A DNA stretch of 64,000 bases from Planctomycetota bacterium (lineage in GTDB: Bacteria; Planctomycetota; UBA8108; SXIK01), in the NCBI GenBank assembly GCA_965223265.1, contig OZ244999.1, forward strand, positions 5,312,001 through 5,376,000. The letters run 5' to 3'. The notes beneath the pieces were generated by a model, which was given only the letters and a program-made list of their open reading frames with translations, was not told the DNA's origin and made no database searches. Below, one piece after another: positions 40,409-49,842 of this stretch. Position 1 is the first letter of the stretch; every line of letters begins with the position of its first letter. The translations under genes and the position numbers were made by a program.

Positions 40409-40735
40409 CTACTTCCTCTTGCCGCCCTTCTTCGACTGGGCCACGGACTGATGCTTCTTGAGTTCCTCGTACTTGAAATCATGTCCGATGAGACGCACCC
40501 CAGCCACCTTGACGCCGCCATTTCCCGTCGTCGAGTACGCTGCCAAGTGCTTGGTGCCCGGGCTCAAGATGAAGGCAATCGCTTGGTTCTGCGTCGCAGC
40601 GGTGTCCATAATGAACTCACCACTGGCGACCTGCCCGTGCGCGGTTTGTGTGGGCGCCGACCAAAGGGCGATCACGTTGACGACGAGAAGAGTGCAGCAG
40701 ACGGAAAGCAGTGCGACGATGAACTTTTCGCGCAT
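40409..40735 (-). CDS. small exported/membrane-anchored hypothetical protein
   Basis: AGAAAGGA RBS; MREKFIVALLSVCCTLLVVNVIALWS hydrophobic N-terminus; basic tail. Confidence 0.7.
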   Translation of the reverse strand: MREKFIVALLSVCCTLLVVNVIALWSAPTQTAHGQVASGEFIMDTAATQNQAIAFILSPGTKHLAAYSTTGNGGVKVAGVRLIGHDFKYEELKKHQSVAQSKKGGKRK

Positions 40736-41161
40736 CGGAAGTCCTTTCTTGCCGGCGCTCACGACGACGCTGTTAAAAGAAGCGGCAGTCGCCGAAAACG
40801 CCTCTTGCTATTGTTCCCACGTGGGACCGAATTCTCTAATTTCTCGGATTTCTCACGTCACAAGACGGCGAGGTCCGGACAGCCGAGACCGTTTCCGCTT
40901 GAGCTTAAATCTTAGCATAGGGCTATGCCGAACAAAAGAAAACCTCCCGACTGCGGCGGCCGCGACGACGGCCCACGACGACGGGGCCAGCGCCTCGCCC
41001 GCCCCCACGGATGATCACAAAGCATTGGCAGGAACCAAGTTTCGATCTCGACTCGGGAGCGTGTTCGCAGGCGAGCGAAGATTCGGTTCCTGTTCACCCG
41101 GCCACCCCCGAGTCAAAGCCATGCCCGACGCGGCAGCCCCATCCCCTAGCCGCAGCCGCTC

Positions 41162-42820
41162 TCAGTCCTCAAGACGCTCGCAGAGTGATTCCACTGTGCG
41201 CGCGAAGTGCGGGTCGGGCAGGCGCTCGGCGACGAATCGCTCTGCATCGCGGACGGCGGAGTGGCTCCGACGACAGAAGAAGGCTGCCACCTCCTTCGCT
41301 GTATGCGACGTGTAGCGACGTCCTAAGTACATGGCAACGCGGCGGGCGAACGCAATTCTCTGCGTGCGCGCAGAAGACTGCAGCACAGCAACTGTGAGGT
41401 TGTAATAACCGGAGACGACTTTCCCGATCCGCTCGAGAGTGATCGCACAGCGCTGGTCGCACAAATGCTCGGCGACCACTTCCTTGACGGCGGCGAGATC
41501 AAGCCCTCGGCGCGTCACCCCGCAGTGGTGTTTCAGTTGACTCAGCACTCCGTTGAGCTCGTGGCCGTTACCGCAGAGCGTGTCGGCGACGAATTTGAGC
41601 GCTTCGCCGGCAACGGGAATGCTGAGACGCTTCGCGCCTTGCTCGAGGAGGCAAAGACGGGCCTGCGCATCAAAGGCGCCCAACCGCACCGGCAGCCCCC
41701 CTAGAAAACGACTCGCGAGCGCAGGCGCCACACCCGAAAGCTGGCCCGGCGAGACACTGCTCGCCAACACCACCTGATGCGAACTCTCGACCAGAGCCTT
41801 GTACGTGTGCAACAGCTCTTCTTGGGTTTTCTTCTTTCCAGCAAGCGCATCAACGTCGTCCACGATCAGAACGTCGACGGCACGAAACCGACGGCGAAAG
41901 CTTGAAAGCGTATGCTCACGCAGGCTGGCGACGAATTGGTTGCAGAAATCTTCGGCCGTCACGTAGCGCACAAGCGGCTCCTCGCGCCGGCCGCGCTGCG
42001 CGAGCCGCTTGAGCACCATGTCGCCAGCACGCGCGCGCTGCCGGATCGTTCGCTGCAGCCCCTTCAGGAGGTGCGTCTTGCCAACACCGGTTGGGCCGTG
42101 GACGAAGAGCGGATTGTAGAGGTCGCCTGGATGGGCGAGGACCTCGCGTACCGCGTCGAGGGCAAAGCGGTTGACCGGCGAGACAACAAAAGTCTCCAGC
42201 GACGGCTCACCGTCCACCGGCCTGGGCGCCGTCGCCTCGCGGTCCTGGCCAAGAGGCGCGACGTCGTCGACCTGTGCAGCACCGCCGCCGCTCGCCGCTC
42301 GCGAGCTTCGCTTCGACGCTGGCGCGCTGTCACCGTCGCTCTCGCGGCGGCCGAATAGCATCCTTTGTTCCCGTGCGCTGGCGTGGCAGGGCGAGGCATC
42401 GTTCACTGATAAGACGACGCGCATCGGCTGCCCCGCAACCTTCTCCAAGACCCGTTTGAGGATCAGCAGATACCGTTCCTCAAGCCAGTCTTTGACGAAG
42501 GTGTTCGGAACGCCGAATCGCACCAGGTCTCCGCTCGTCGACAGGACTTGCAGACTCGCAAGCCACCGGGTGTAGCGATCCTGGCCGCACTCGTCGACCA
42601 AAAGGGACTCCACTTTGGCCCACAGAGCGCCGTGCGCTCCAGCGCCAGTGACTCCACCAAGTCTCTCTTCGGTCACCGGGAGCGAAAGCTCCCGGTGGTT
42701 GTCCACCACCACGTGAATACTCTCTCCACTCTGACTTCGACGCAGACCAGGCGCCGCCCGCTTCACTGGAGCGGCTGTCTGGACACGCTGAATCGACTCC
42801 GCAGTTCCTTTGCCGCGCAA
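41162..42820 (-). CDS. dnaA: divergent DnaA paralogue
   Basis: Domain I (VPNTFVKDWLEERY), YNPLFVHGPTGVGKTHLL, DVLIVDDV, TQEELLHT, SRF, domain IV ARRVAMYL; start uncertain (42820/42712/42676). Confidence 0.85.
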   Translation of the reverse strand: MRGKGTAESIQRVQTAAPVKRAAPGLRRSQSGESIHVVVDNHRELSLPVTEERLGGVTGAGAHGALWAKVESLLVDECGQDRYTRWLASLQVLSTSGDLVRFGVPNTFVKDWLEERYLLILKRVLEKVAGQPMRVVLSVNDASPCHASAREQRMLFGRRESDGDSAPASKRSSRAASGGGAAQVDDVAPLGQDREATAPRPVDGEPSLETFVVSPVNRFALDAVREVLAHPGDLYNPLFVHGPTGVGKTHLLKGLQRTIRQRARAGDMVLKRLAQRGRREEPLVRYVTAEDFCNQFVASLREHTLSSFRRRFRAVDVLIVDDVDALAGKKKTQEELLHTYKALVESSHQVVLASSVSPGQLSGVAPALASRFLGGLPVRLGAFDAQARLCLLEQGAKRLSIPVAGEALKFVADTLCGNGHELNGVLSQLKHHCGVTRRGLDLAAVKEVVAEHLCDQRCAITLERIGKVVSGYYNLTVAVLQSSARTQRIAFARRVAMYLGRRYTSHTAKEVAAFFCRRSHSAVRDAERFVAERLPDPHFARTVESLCERLED

Positions 42821-43277
42821 CGCCAGGCTCCACCACCCGGGCTCACAGCGTCACAGAACACCAGCGACGATCGGCTGACCTCTCACCCGTCGCGATCTGC
42901 GTCGGTGTCCGCGACGTCCTCGGATCGAGACCAAGAACGCAGGTCATCGCCGGCAGACAGCGCCAGGAGACTCGTGGCCGGGACACAACTCAACGGTCCC
43001 TGCGGGCGCGAAAGTCTCGAGCCTCGAGCCGGCCGCGGCGTCTTGGGCTCGGCAACCCCTGCGTTGCGGCGCAGCGCCGCGGTTGGCGAGGCTGCGCCAG
43101 CTTCACTGCGATGCAGAAAGCGACCGGAGCGGCAGATGGTAGACTCCCGCCGAACTCGATCGCACGCGCGAGTGCGATCGAGTCGTCGGCACTCATGGCC
43201 CCCGAACGCAGGGCGCGAGAGACACGGCTGCTGTGTGATTTTGGCCACCATAAAATCCCCAAGCAACACTGTACGGA

Positions 43278-43313
43278 TCAACTGACTGCAAGAATTCAAC
43301 TGACTGCAAGAAT
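43278..43313. repeat. perfect 18-bp tandem duplication
   Basis: TCAACTGACTGCAAGAAT x2. Confidence 0.9.
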
Positions 43314-43902
43314 CGGCGAATCGGGAGACTGCTCTCCGAGTGATCCTCCGTCGTCGCCGCTGCACGGCGATGTTACGCTGCAATAAACGTGACGCTGCGA
43401 TGCTTGACTGCGATGTCTGCACGCGATTCCGTTGCGACACCTCGGGAAGTGAGCCCTACGCTTGCGCTCGGAATCAAGTCATCCGAACGCAAGTGCGCCG
43501 ACAACACACATTCTCTCTGTCGCGCACGCCTTCACTCGAAGAAAACCGCTGCATGCCATCGGCGAAGCGGGAAACGAACTGACGCCACCTATGCGGCAGC
43601 GATCGCATGCGACACAAATGCATCACGACGCTCGCACGGCGGAAAGATCGTCTTCAAGCGTTGACTTGTTTTGGATGGAGCAGAAATGTGCGCTGCTGCG
43701 AGACTCCCATCTCCTCCGCATGTCTTGCGATTGTTCTTGCCGCGCGCGCGTGGATCGTTGTCGCGACCCGACGTCGCCCGTTGAACGACCCTTTGGGAAT
43801 CGTTTGAGAGCTGAGACAACTCAACCCGCGACGAGACGACACCCAACGAGTCTTCGCAGCAAAAACGCGCTTAACAAGCAGCGTTCACAGCGAACGACGC
43901 GG

Positions 43903-43931
43903 ATCCTAACAAGCTCCCAAAGAGCTGTCAA
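43903..43931 (-). promoter_or_regulatory. sigma70-type promoter facing the dnaA paralogue
   Basis: TTGACA-N17-TAGGAT on the minus strand. Confidence 0.55.
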
Positions 43932-43997
43932 CGGGCTAGCTAAAAAGCGCCGAACGTGTTCGATACAGATGTAGAAACGCGGCAAGAATCGTCGCGT

Positions 43998-44918
43998 TCA
44001 GCTCGTGGTCTCAGAGTCCGTTTTGGACTTGACAGCGTCCGTCTCGACAGCGTTTGACGCCGAGCTTTTCTTGCTCGCGCCGTCGTCGCTACGGCTAGCT
44101 TCTTTCTCGCGCTTCTCTTTCTCCTTCGACCACCACGCATGCCATAGGTCGCGCGCGTGTTGACGCAAAGCAGGAACTGCTTCGGGCCGGAAGCCGAGAT
44201 TTTTCTTAGCGAACTTGCGAAGAGCCTGAACGGCGTAGTCGCGCACGTAAACGGTTTCGTCGTCGAGCGCGGCAAGACAAACTTCCACCACTTCGTCGTT
44301 CTCACCGCTGGCATGTTCGGCAAAGAAGCGATACACGATGGTGCGCGTTAGGTCCGCGCCGTTCTTCGCCACCGGGATGAGAAAGGGGATCGCAGGCTCG
44401 CCGATTTCGCGCAGCTGGCGCTCAGCCCGCCATCGATGCTTGGCCTTCTGACGCTGCAGATCGTGAACCGCAGCCTCGATCTGCTTCTTGAGTTCGGGAT
44501 CGATTGCCTCGTCTTCGCTCTGGCTCTGCTGTTTTGCGTCGCCGGGCTGACGATCGACTGGGTCCGCCTCATCCTGAGCGCTATCGTCTGAACTCGCGGC
44601 GGCTTCCTTCGCGGAGGACTCGTCCTCGGCGCTGTCGGGCTTCTCTTTGACACCGGGCAAGTCGAGCTTCCGGTTCACCACAGGAGCTTGCCCAGTCGTG
44701 CCCGTGCGGCTGTTCTTCTCGACGTGGCTGATCTTCTCGACTTCGATCTCCAGCTTGCCGATTCTGCCGATCGAAACCTGGATCACCCGCTCACTACGCG
44801 CCGTGACGACCCCATCAATGTAGGAGCCGTTCTTCAGGTAGACCGTGTCGGCTTGAAGCGGCGCGGCTGCGCCGATCACGCACGCGGCACCGATGAAGAT
44901 TCTCAAGATGCGCAACAT
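43998..44918 (-). CDS. exported HEAT-repeat protein with DTVYLKNG N-domain
   Basis: Signal peptide from ATG 44918; ADTVYLKNGSYIDG; LREIGEPAIPFL; ALDDETVYVRDYAVQALRK HEAT-like. Confidence 0.75.
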   Translation of the reverse strand: MLRILRIFIGAACVIGAAAPLQADTVYLKNGSYIDGVVTARSERVIQVSIGRIGKLEIEVEKISHVEKNSRTGTTGQAPVVNRKLDLPGVKEKPDSAEDESSAKEAAASSDDSAQDEADPVDRQPGDAKQQSQSEDEAIDPELKKQIEAAVHDLQRQKAKHRWRAERQLREIGEPAIPFLIPVAKNGADLTRTIVYRFFAEHASGENDEVVEVCLAALDDETVYVRDYAVQALRKFAKKNLGFRPEAVPALRQHARDLWHAWWSKEKEKREKEASRSDDGASKKSSASNAVETDAVKSKTDSETTS

Positions 44919-45296
44919 ACTCAGACACTCCTGTCGAGACGATGGGATTGGCGAAGTTGTATGTTTCTTCGACCGCCGAGCCACTCACCTTTGCTCGAAT
45001 CTGAGCTCGAGCGGCCATTTGCAAGCGCTCAGGGCCGGGTCTTCGGAGCGAAGTACTCGGAGCGTCACGTCCGACCAGCCGCCACCAACGTTCACGTGGC
45101 TTCGCGTCTATCGGAAGACTACCCTGCAGCCGCCAATTCTGTCCACGACGATCAAAAACCGCGCCAATGGGCCGAAAAAGGAGCCCCGGCAGACGTAGCG
45201 GTGGACGTCATCGTAAGTCGTGCTGTGCAAACGAACCGTCTCCGACGCAGACACACGAGCGCTGGCACCTGACGGGTTCGAGACCGCGCGCCAACT

Positions 45297-46358
45297 TCAG
45301 ACCGAGAAGCGGAACTCAACAACATCGCCGTCAGCAACGACGTAGTCCTTGCCTTCGACCCGATACGTCCCTTTCTCCTTCGCCGCCTTGACACTTCCTG
45401 CCTTCTCATAGTCGGCGTAGGAAACCACCTCCGCACGGATGAAGCCGCGCTCGAAGTCCGAGTGGATGGCGCCCGCCGCCTGCGGCGCGGTGTCCCCCTG
45501 GCGGATCGTCCACGCTCGCACCTCTTTTTCCCCAGCCGTAAAAAAGCTGATCGCTCCTGCGGCGCGGTAGGAAGCCTCGATGATCGCCTGTTGGTGAAAC
45601 TCTTCGACCCCGTATTCGGCCAGAAACACGTCACGCTCCTCGACCGGCAGCTGCAAGATCTCCAGCTCGTTGCGTGCTGGGACGACGATCATACCGTGCG
45701 TCGCCCGCGTCCTCAGATCCTCGACCACTTCGGGCACGACCCCACTCTCGTCGCAGCTGACGACGACGACGGCAGGCTTGGCACTCAAGAACCCGAAGCC
45801 GCCCAATTTCTTCTCCTCCTCCTGCGAGAGCTCGCAACTGGCGAGCGCTTTGTCGCTCTCAAGATGCTCCTTGAGCCGTGTGAGGATTTGGATTTCCTTG
45901 GCCTCTTCCTCTTGGAACGCCGGTTTGCGGCGCTTCGCCTCCAGCTTTTCGAGCCGCCGCTCGACGAGCTCGAGGTCCGACAGGATCAGCTCTCCTTCGA
46001 CTTCATCCAAATCCTCAGCGGGCCGGGCACTCGGTAGCCCCGGGGACGAGAACGCGCGTACAACGATGAGCAGCGCGTGCGCCTCGCGCGCCGGCGCCAG
46101 CAAATCTGCCAGCCCCGCTCGGTCCTGACCTTCGCGCTTCACTGGAGGAAAGTCTAGCAAGTCAACGGCAGCGGGCGTGAACTTCTTCGGCTGAAAGTCA
46201 TCGCGCAGTCGCTCCAGTCGTTGGTCGTGAACCAGGACGCGCTTGAGTTGCGGCTTGTTCGCGGCTCCGGTGTAACCGGGTGTCTCAGATTCGCCCGTGA
46301 GCAGCTGAAAAAGGGTCGTTTTACCGCTTCCCGGAAGCCCTATGATCCCGACCTTCAT
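45297..46358 (-). CDS. ychF: YchF/Obg-like NTPase (divergent)
   Basis: GIIGLPGSGKTTLF; VHDQRLERL; SFFTAGEKEVRAWTI; AAGAIHSDFERGFIRAEVV; EGKDYVVADGDVVEFRFSV. Confidence 0.88.
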   Translation of the reverse strand: MKVGIIGLPGSGKTTLFQLLTGESETPGYTGAANKPQLKRVLVHDQRLERLRDDFQPKKFTPAAVDLLDFPPVKREGQDRAGLADLLAPAREAHALLIVVRAFSSPGLPSARPAEDLDEVEGELILSDLELVERRLEKLEAKRRKPAFQEEEAKEIQILTRLKEHLESDKALASCELSQEEEKKLGGFGFLSAKPAVVVVSCDESGVVPEVVEDLRTRATHGMIVVPARNELEILQLPVEERDVFLAEYGVEEFHQQAIIEASYRAAGAISFFTAGEKEVRAWTIRQGDTAPQAAGAIHSDFERGFIRAEVVSYADYEKAGSVKAAKEKGTYRVEGKDYVVADGDVVEFRFSV

Positions 46359-47713
46359 GATGCTGCGTCCCGTTCCTCCTTCTTTGCCATCAAATCGCTC
46401 GCCAGGATTCCGGCCTCATAGAGAAGAATGAGCGGACCGGCCATCAGAAGCAACGTGATCGGATCAGGTGGCGTCAACATCGCGGCAGCACAGAAACCAA
46501 AAAAGATCGCTGGTTTGCGATGCCGCCGAAATCCTGCCGCGTCGATGATGCCGATCTTCGAGAGAAAGATCATAAGGAGCGGTACCTGGAAGACAAGCCC
46601 CATCAAGATCGTAAGCGTGAGGAAAAGACCGATGTAGTTGCCCAGCGTGATGCTGAGGCTAACCTCTTGGACGCCCCAACTAGCTAGGAACTGAAGGCCG
46701 AGCGGTATCATGATGAAATAACCAAACAGCACGCCGGCGACGAAGAGTCCGAGTGAGATTGGGAGAAAGATCACGACGTACTTCTGTTCGTGATCGTAGA
46801 GGCCGGCTCCCACGAACTTCCAGAGCTCGTAGAGCACGAACGGCAGCGACAACCCGAGACCAAAAATCCCTGCCACCTTGAGATACGTGATGAAACTCTC
46901 GAGGTAGTGGATCATGATCAAATTCACGGAGGGCTTGAGAATCGCTTCGATGTCTCGCTTGGTTTCGCCCAGGCGTCGCTGCAAGTAGGCGGGTAGCTGA
47001 GACTCCAGCACGCGCGCGCGAAGCTCTTCGAGCGCGACGCCGCTCTTCGCGGCCTCGTCTCGACGCTCCTCAAGAAAAGCCGTGAACTCGCGGTACTGCC
47101 CCACGACCTCACCGAGGTCCTCTCCGAGCCCGAGGGCGACTTGCGCTGAGTTCGGCCCGTAGAGCTCATGCGCCGACACCAACAACCTCTCGACCTCAGC
47201 GACGAGGGCACTCACGTCCCGAATCTGTGCCGTCTCCAGGTCCGAAACGAAGTGGGTCGACACCGATTCGGCAAATCGCGTCGCCAACGACTTCAAAAGA
47301 CGATCGAGCACCTGTCGCTGGCTCGGCACGAAGGCGTCGACCGCCTCGAGATCGCGCGATGTCGCCGCGGCAGCGTCTTCGAGCAGCTCAGCCAATCCGG
47401 GCACGGCGAGATCCTTGGCGAAGAGAACCTCCCACTGCACAGCCTCGGCTTCGAGTGTGACGATGTCGTCGCCGACCTGGTCGCCGGCACGCAGCCGCGC
47501 CAAATCGTCCATTGCGGCGCTCAGCCGACGCGTTGCTTGGTCACGAAGCGCCGCCTCGATCGCGGCCTCGTGAGGCCGGAGCGCCGCTCGCATCAACTCC
47601 TCGCCAAAAATGAGACAAACCGTGACCGCGACGAGCAGGAAGATGATCGCGCGAATCAGGCAAGAACGCAGCTCTTCGAGGTGCTCTCCGAAGGTCATAC
47701 GAACTTCGCGCAT
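46355..47713 (-). CDS. tatC: Tat translocase subunit TatC with large insertion
   Basis: MTFGEHLEELRSCL; ESFITYLKV; YELWKFVGAGLY; GLVFQVP; AAMLTPPDP; LYEAGI. Confidence 0.92.
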   Translation of the reverse strand: MREVRMTFGEHLEELRSCLIRAIIFLLVAVTVCLIFGEELMRAALRPHEAAIEAALRDQATRRLSAAMDDLARLRAGDQVGDDIVTLEAEAVQWEVLFAKDLAVPGLAELLEDAAAATSRDLEAVDAFVPSQRQVLDRLLKSLATRFAESVSTHFVSDLETAQIRDVSALVAEVERLLVSAHELYGPNSAQVALGLGEDLGEVVGQYREFTAFLEERRDEAAKSGVALEELRARVLESQLPAYLQRRLGETKRDIEAILKPSVNLIMIHYLESFITYLKVAGIFGLGLSLPFVLYELWKFVGAGLYDHEQKYVVIFLPISLGLFVAGVLFGYFIMIPLGLQFLASWGVQEVSLSITLGNYIGLFLTLTILMGLVFQVPLLMIFLSKIGIIDAAGFRRHRKPAIFFGFCAAAMLTPPDPITLLLMAGPLILLYEAGILASDLMAKKEERDAAS

Positions 47714-48295
47714 TCGACACTCCTTACGAATTCAGCAGGAAACGGGAGCACCATCACCCCGGCACTTTCCGACGGAAAATCGCCGGTTGCAGGGTGCGCG
47801 GCTGATCGCGACCGCGTCCGCACGCGGTGATCGCCCCGGACTGCGCACACGCCGAGGGCGCGGGCGCAAAAAAAGCAGCCTTCACGGGACGACCGCCAAG
47901 CGGCCAGGCTCCTGATCCATGCATCCAGTCCAGGGCTGGACGACTTCGCGCCGGCAAGTTTTGGTGCCGGCAGGTGTTGTCCAAGCCGCGAGGGAGCGCC
48001 CGGTGAAACGTCCGCTCAACGCGAGTTTCTACGCCCTGCGAGGCGAGCTGTTAGCTCACGCGTCGCCGCGAACTCGCGCAGGCGCGCTTCGCGTGACGGC
48101 TCGCTCAACGAGCGGACCAGACGCAGGCGCGCCATGCCTTCGGCCTTCCGATTGTTAACATCCCACAGCAGCAGGTGCACCGCACCCCCTTGAGGGATCA
48201 TTTGTTACTGTAGGCGACTCGAAAAGTCAACGCCCCACGGGAGCCGTCGTGCAGTCGCCGGTGGGTGATCTGAGAACTCCGCTCGGCGCTGCCGG

Positions 48296-49537
48296 TCAAA
48301 TACCGAGCAGGCTCAACAGGTCGCGCTCACGAATGACGACAACACCGTATTCACGCGCCGTGCGATATTCCTGCGACGTCTCATAACCGTCAATCAAGAT
48401 CACGAAGTCAGTGTTGAGATCGACACGCGGTTCGACGATTCCACCATTCGATCCGATCATGTTCTTGACGAAATCAAGACTGAACTGATCGCTCGAAAGA
48501 GATCTCCCTGCAAAAACGAACACCGGTTTCTTCTCCGGGTCGAAGAGAGGGCTCGAGACGAAGTCGCCTGCGGTGATCGGATTCAGACTGTCCACTTCCT
48601 CGTAGCTCACCTCAGCTTGATTCTCCTGCACCGCGCGCACTTCCGCCTGCCCCTTATGGATGGGTCGCCCACCCTTGCCGAGCTGATAGACGCGGAAGAT
48701 CAGTCCCTTGCGGAGAAAATCGGACCGCCCTAGGTCAATCCACCCCTTGCGGGCGTCGGAGTCGACAACCAACAGTAGGCCGTCAGGATCGACGTCCTCA
48801 AGTGTCTGCTCTTTGTACTGCTGCTCTTCCAGGCTCTGGAGTCGACGCCCCATGTTGGAAAGCAGCGTCGCTTGATAGGCGGTCAGTCGCCGCGAACGTG
48901 TCAAGTCTTCGCCGTACGTATCGTTCAGTTGCTCGATCCGCAGCAGGTACTCCTCTTCCTTCTGCTTTGAGCTGCTGTCGAGTTCTTCTAGGCGCACCTC
49001 AAGATCGCTGACTTGGTCTGCCAGCTCCTTGTTCTTCGTCTGGATGGCCGCAACGGTGTTGTCGCGGTCCGTCTCCGCTACCTGTACGGCCTTCTGCGCT
49101 TCGTCGGTCCGTGTCGCCATCTCAGCGAACAGCTTGCGATACTCAGCCAGCAAACTCTGCAAATGGTCGTACGGTTCAACGAGGTACTGGAAGTCGGATT
49201 CGGGAATCTGAACGCGATCTCCGAGCTCTTTGACAGCCTCGTTGTATGACGCCTCGATCGATTCGAGTCGCGTTTGGGTGAAGTGAAGGTCTCCGGGCCA
49301 ACTGGCTTCGTCTTCGTAGGTCGGTCCGCCGACGGCGACGCGCAAATCCGACAGCGTATCGCTGAGCGACTGGACGTTCGTCGCTTCGGCCTCGAGGCGA
49401 CTACGGAGCGCGGAAAGCTGGTTGTTGGCTTCGGTGCGCTTCGCGTTTGTCGTGATAAAAAAGACCGCCATCACTCCGAACAGTAGCAGCATGATGATGA
49501 AGAGGGTTAGGTAAACCGATCCTTCCCGCTGTGCCAT
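48296..49537 (-). CDS. membrane-anchored coiled-coil protein with beta domain and C-terminal BRCT-like domain
   Basis: N-terminal TM; long coiled coil; WIDLGRSDFLRKGLIFRVY...ITAGDFV; FVFAG...IGSNGGIV..VDLNTDFVIL...AREYGVVVI BRCT pattern; GGAGG RBS. Confidence 0.75.
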   Translation of the reverse strand: MAQREGSVYLTLFIIMLLLFGVMAVFFITTNAKRTEANNQLSALRSRLEAEATNVQSLSDTLSDLRVAVGGPTYEDEASWPGDLHFTQTRLESIEASYNEAVKELGDRVQIPESDFQYLVEPYDHLQSLLAEYRKLFAEMATRTDEAQKAVQVAETDRDNTVAAIQTKNKELADQVSDLEVRLEELDSSSKQKEEEYLLRIEQLNDTYGEDLTRSRRLTAYQATLLSNMGRRLQSLEEQQYKEQTLEDVDPDGLLLVVDSDARKGWIDLGRSDFLRKGLIFRVYQLGKGGRPIHKGQAEVRAVQENQAEVSYEEVDSLNPITAGDFVSSPLFDPEKKPVFVFAGRSLSSDQFSLDFVKNMIGSNGGIVEPRVDLNTDFVILIDGYETSQEYRTAREYGVVVIRERDLLSLLGI

Positions 49538-49746
49538 TTCAGTCCTCCGCCACGCGGCGTTTCAAAACCATAGACGACATGGGTGAACAAGCGAAAGAAG
49601 GCAGGAAAGGACTCCTTCCGCCGGCGGCGCGCGTCGACGATCCAGTCCGCTTCATTTCTTACGTAGATGTAGTGGAGATACCGAGTTCGCTACGGATCGT
49701 TCCGCGAACTCTGAGGCGGGCGACACACCCATACGCCCAGCCCTCG

Positions 49747-49776
49747 ATTGTAAAGACCCATGCGTAACGGAGTCAA
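49747..49776 (-). promoter_or_regulatory. sigma70-type promoter for the BRCT gene
   Basis: TTGACT-N18-TACAAT on the minus strand. Confidence 0.5.
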
Positions 49777-49813
49777 GTTCCCAGCCGTACGGTCGATTCT
49801 CAGGGGTTATTCC

Positions 49814-49842
49814 TTGACAAAGAAAACGGCGGAATCGATGAT
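49814..49842 (+). promoter_or_regulatory. sigma70-type promoter for coaE-rho
   Basis: TTGACA-N17-GATGAT. Confidence 0.45.

Noticed and set aside
42821-43990. Replication origin next to dnaA
   Set aside because: I found no TTATCCACA-type boxes, no clear AT-rich unwinding element and no dnaN; kept only as a regulatory-region finding
47714-48290. tatA/tatB or riboswitch upstream of tatC
   Set aside because: No ORF with the TatA FG-hinge pattern; only short generic hairpins, no recognisable riboswitch
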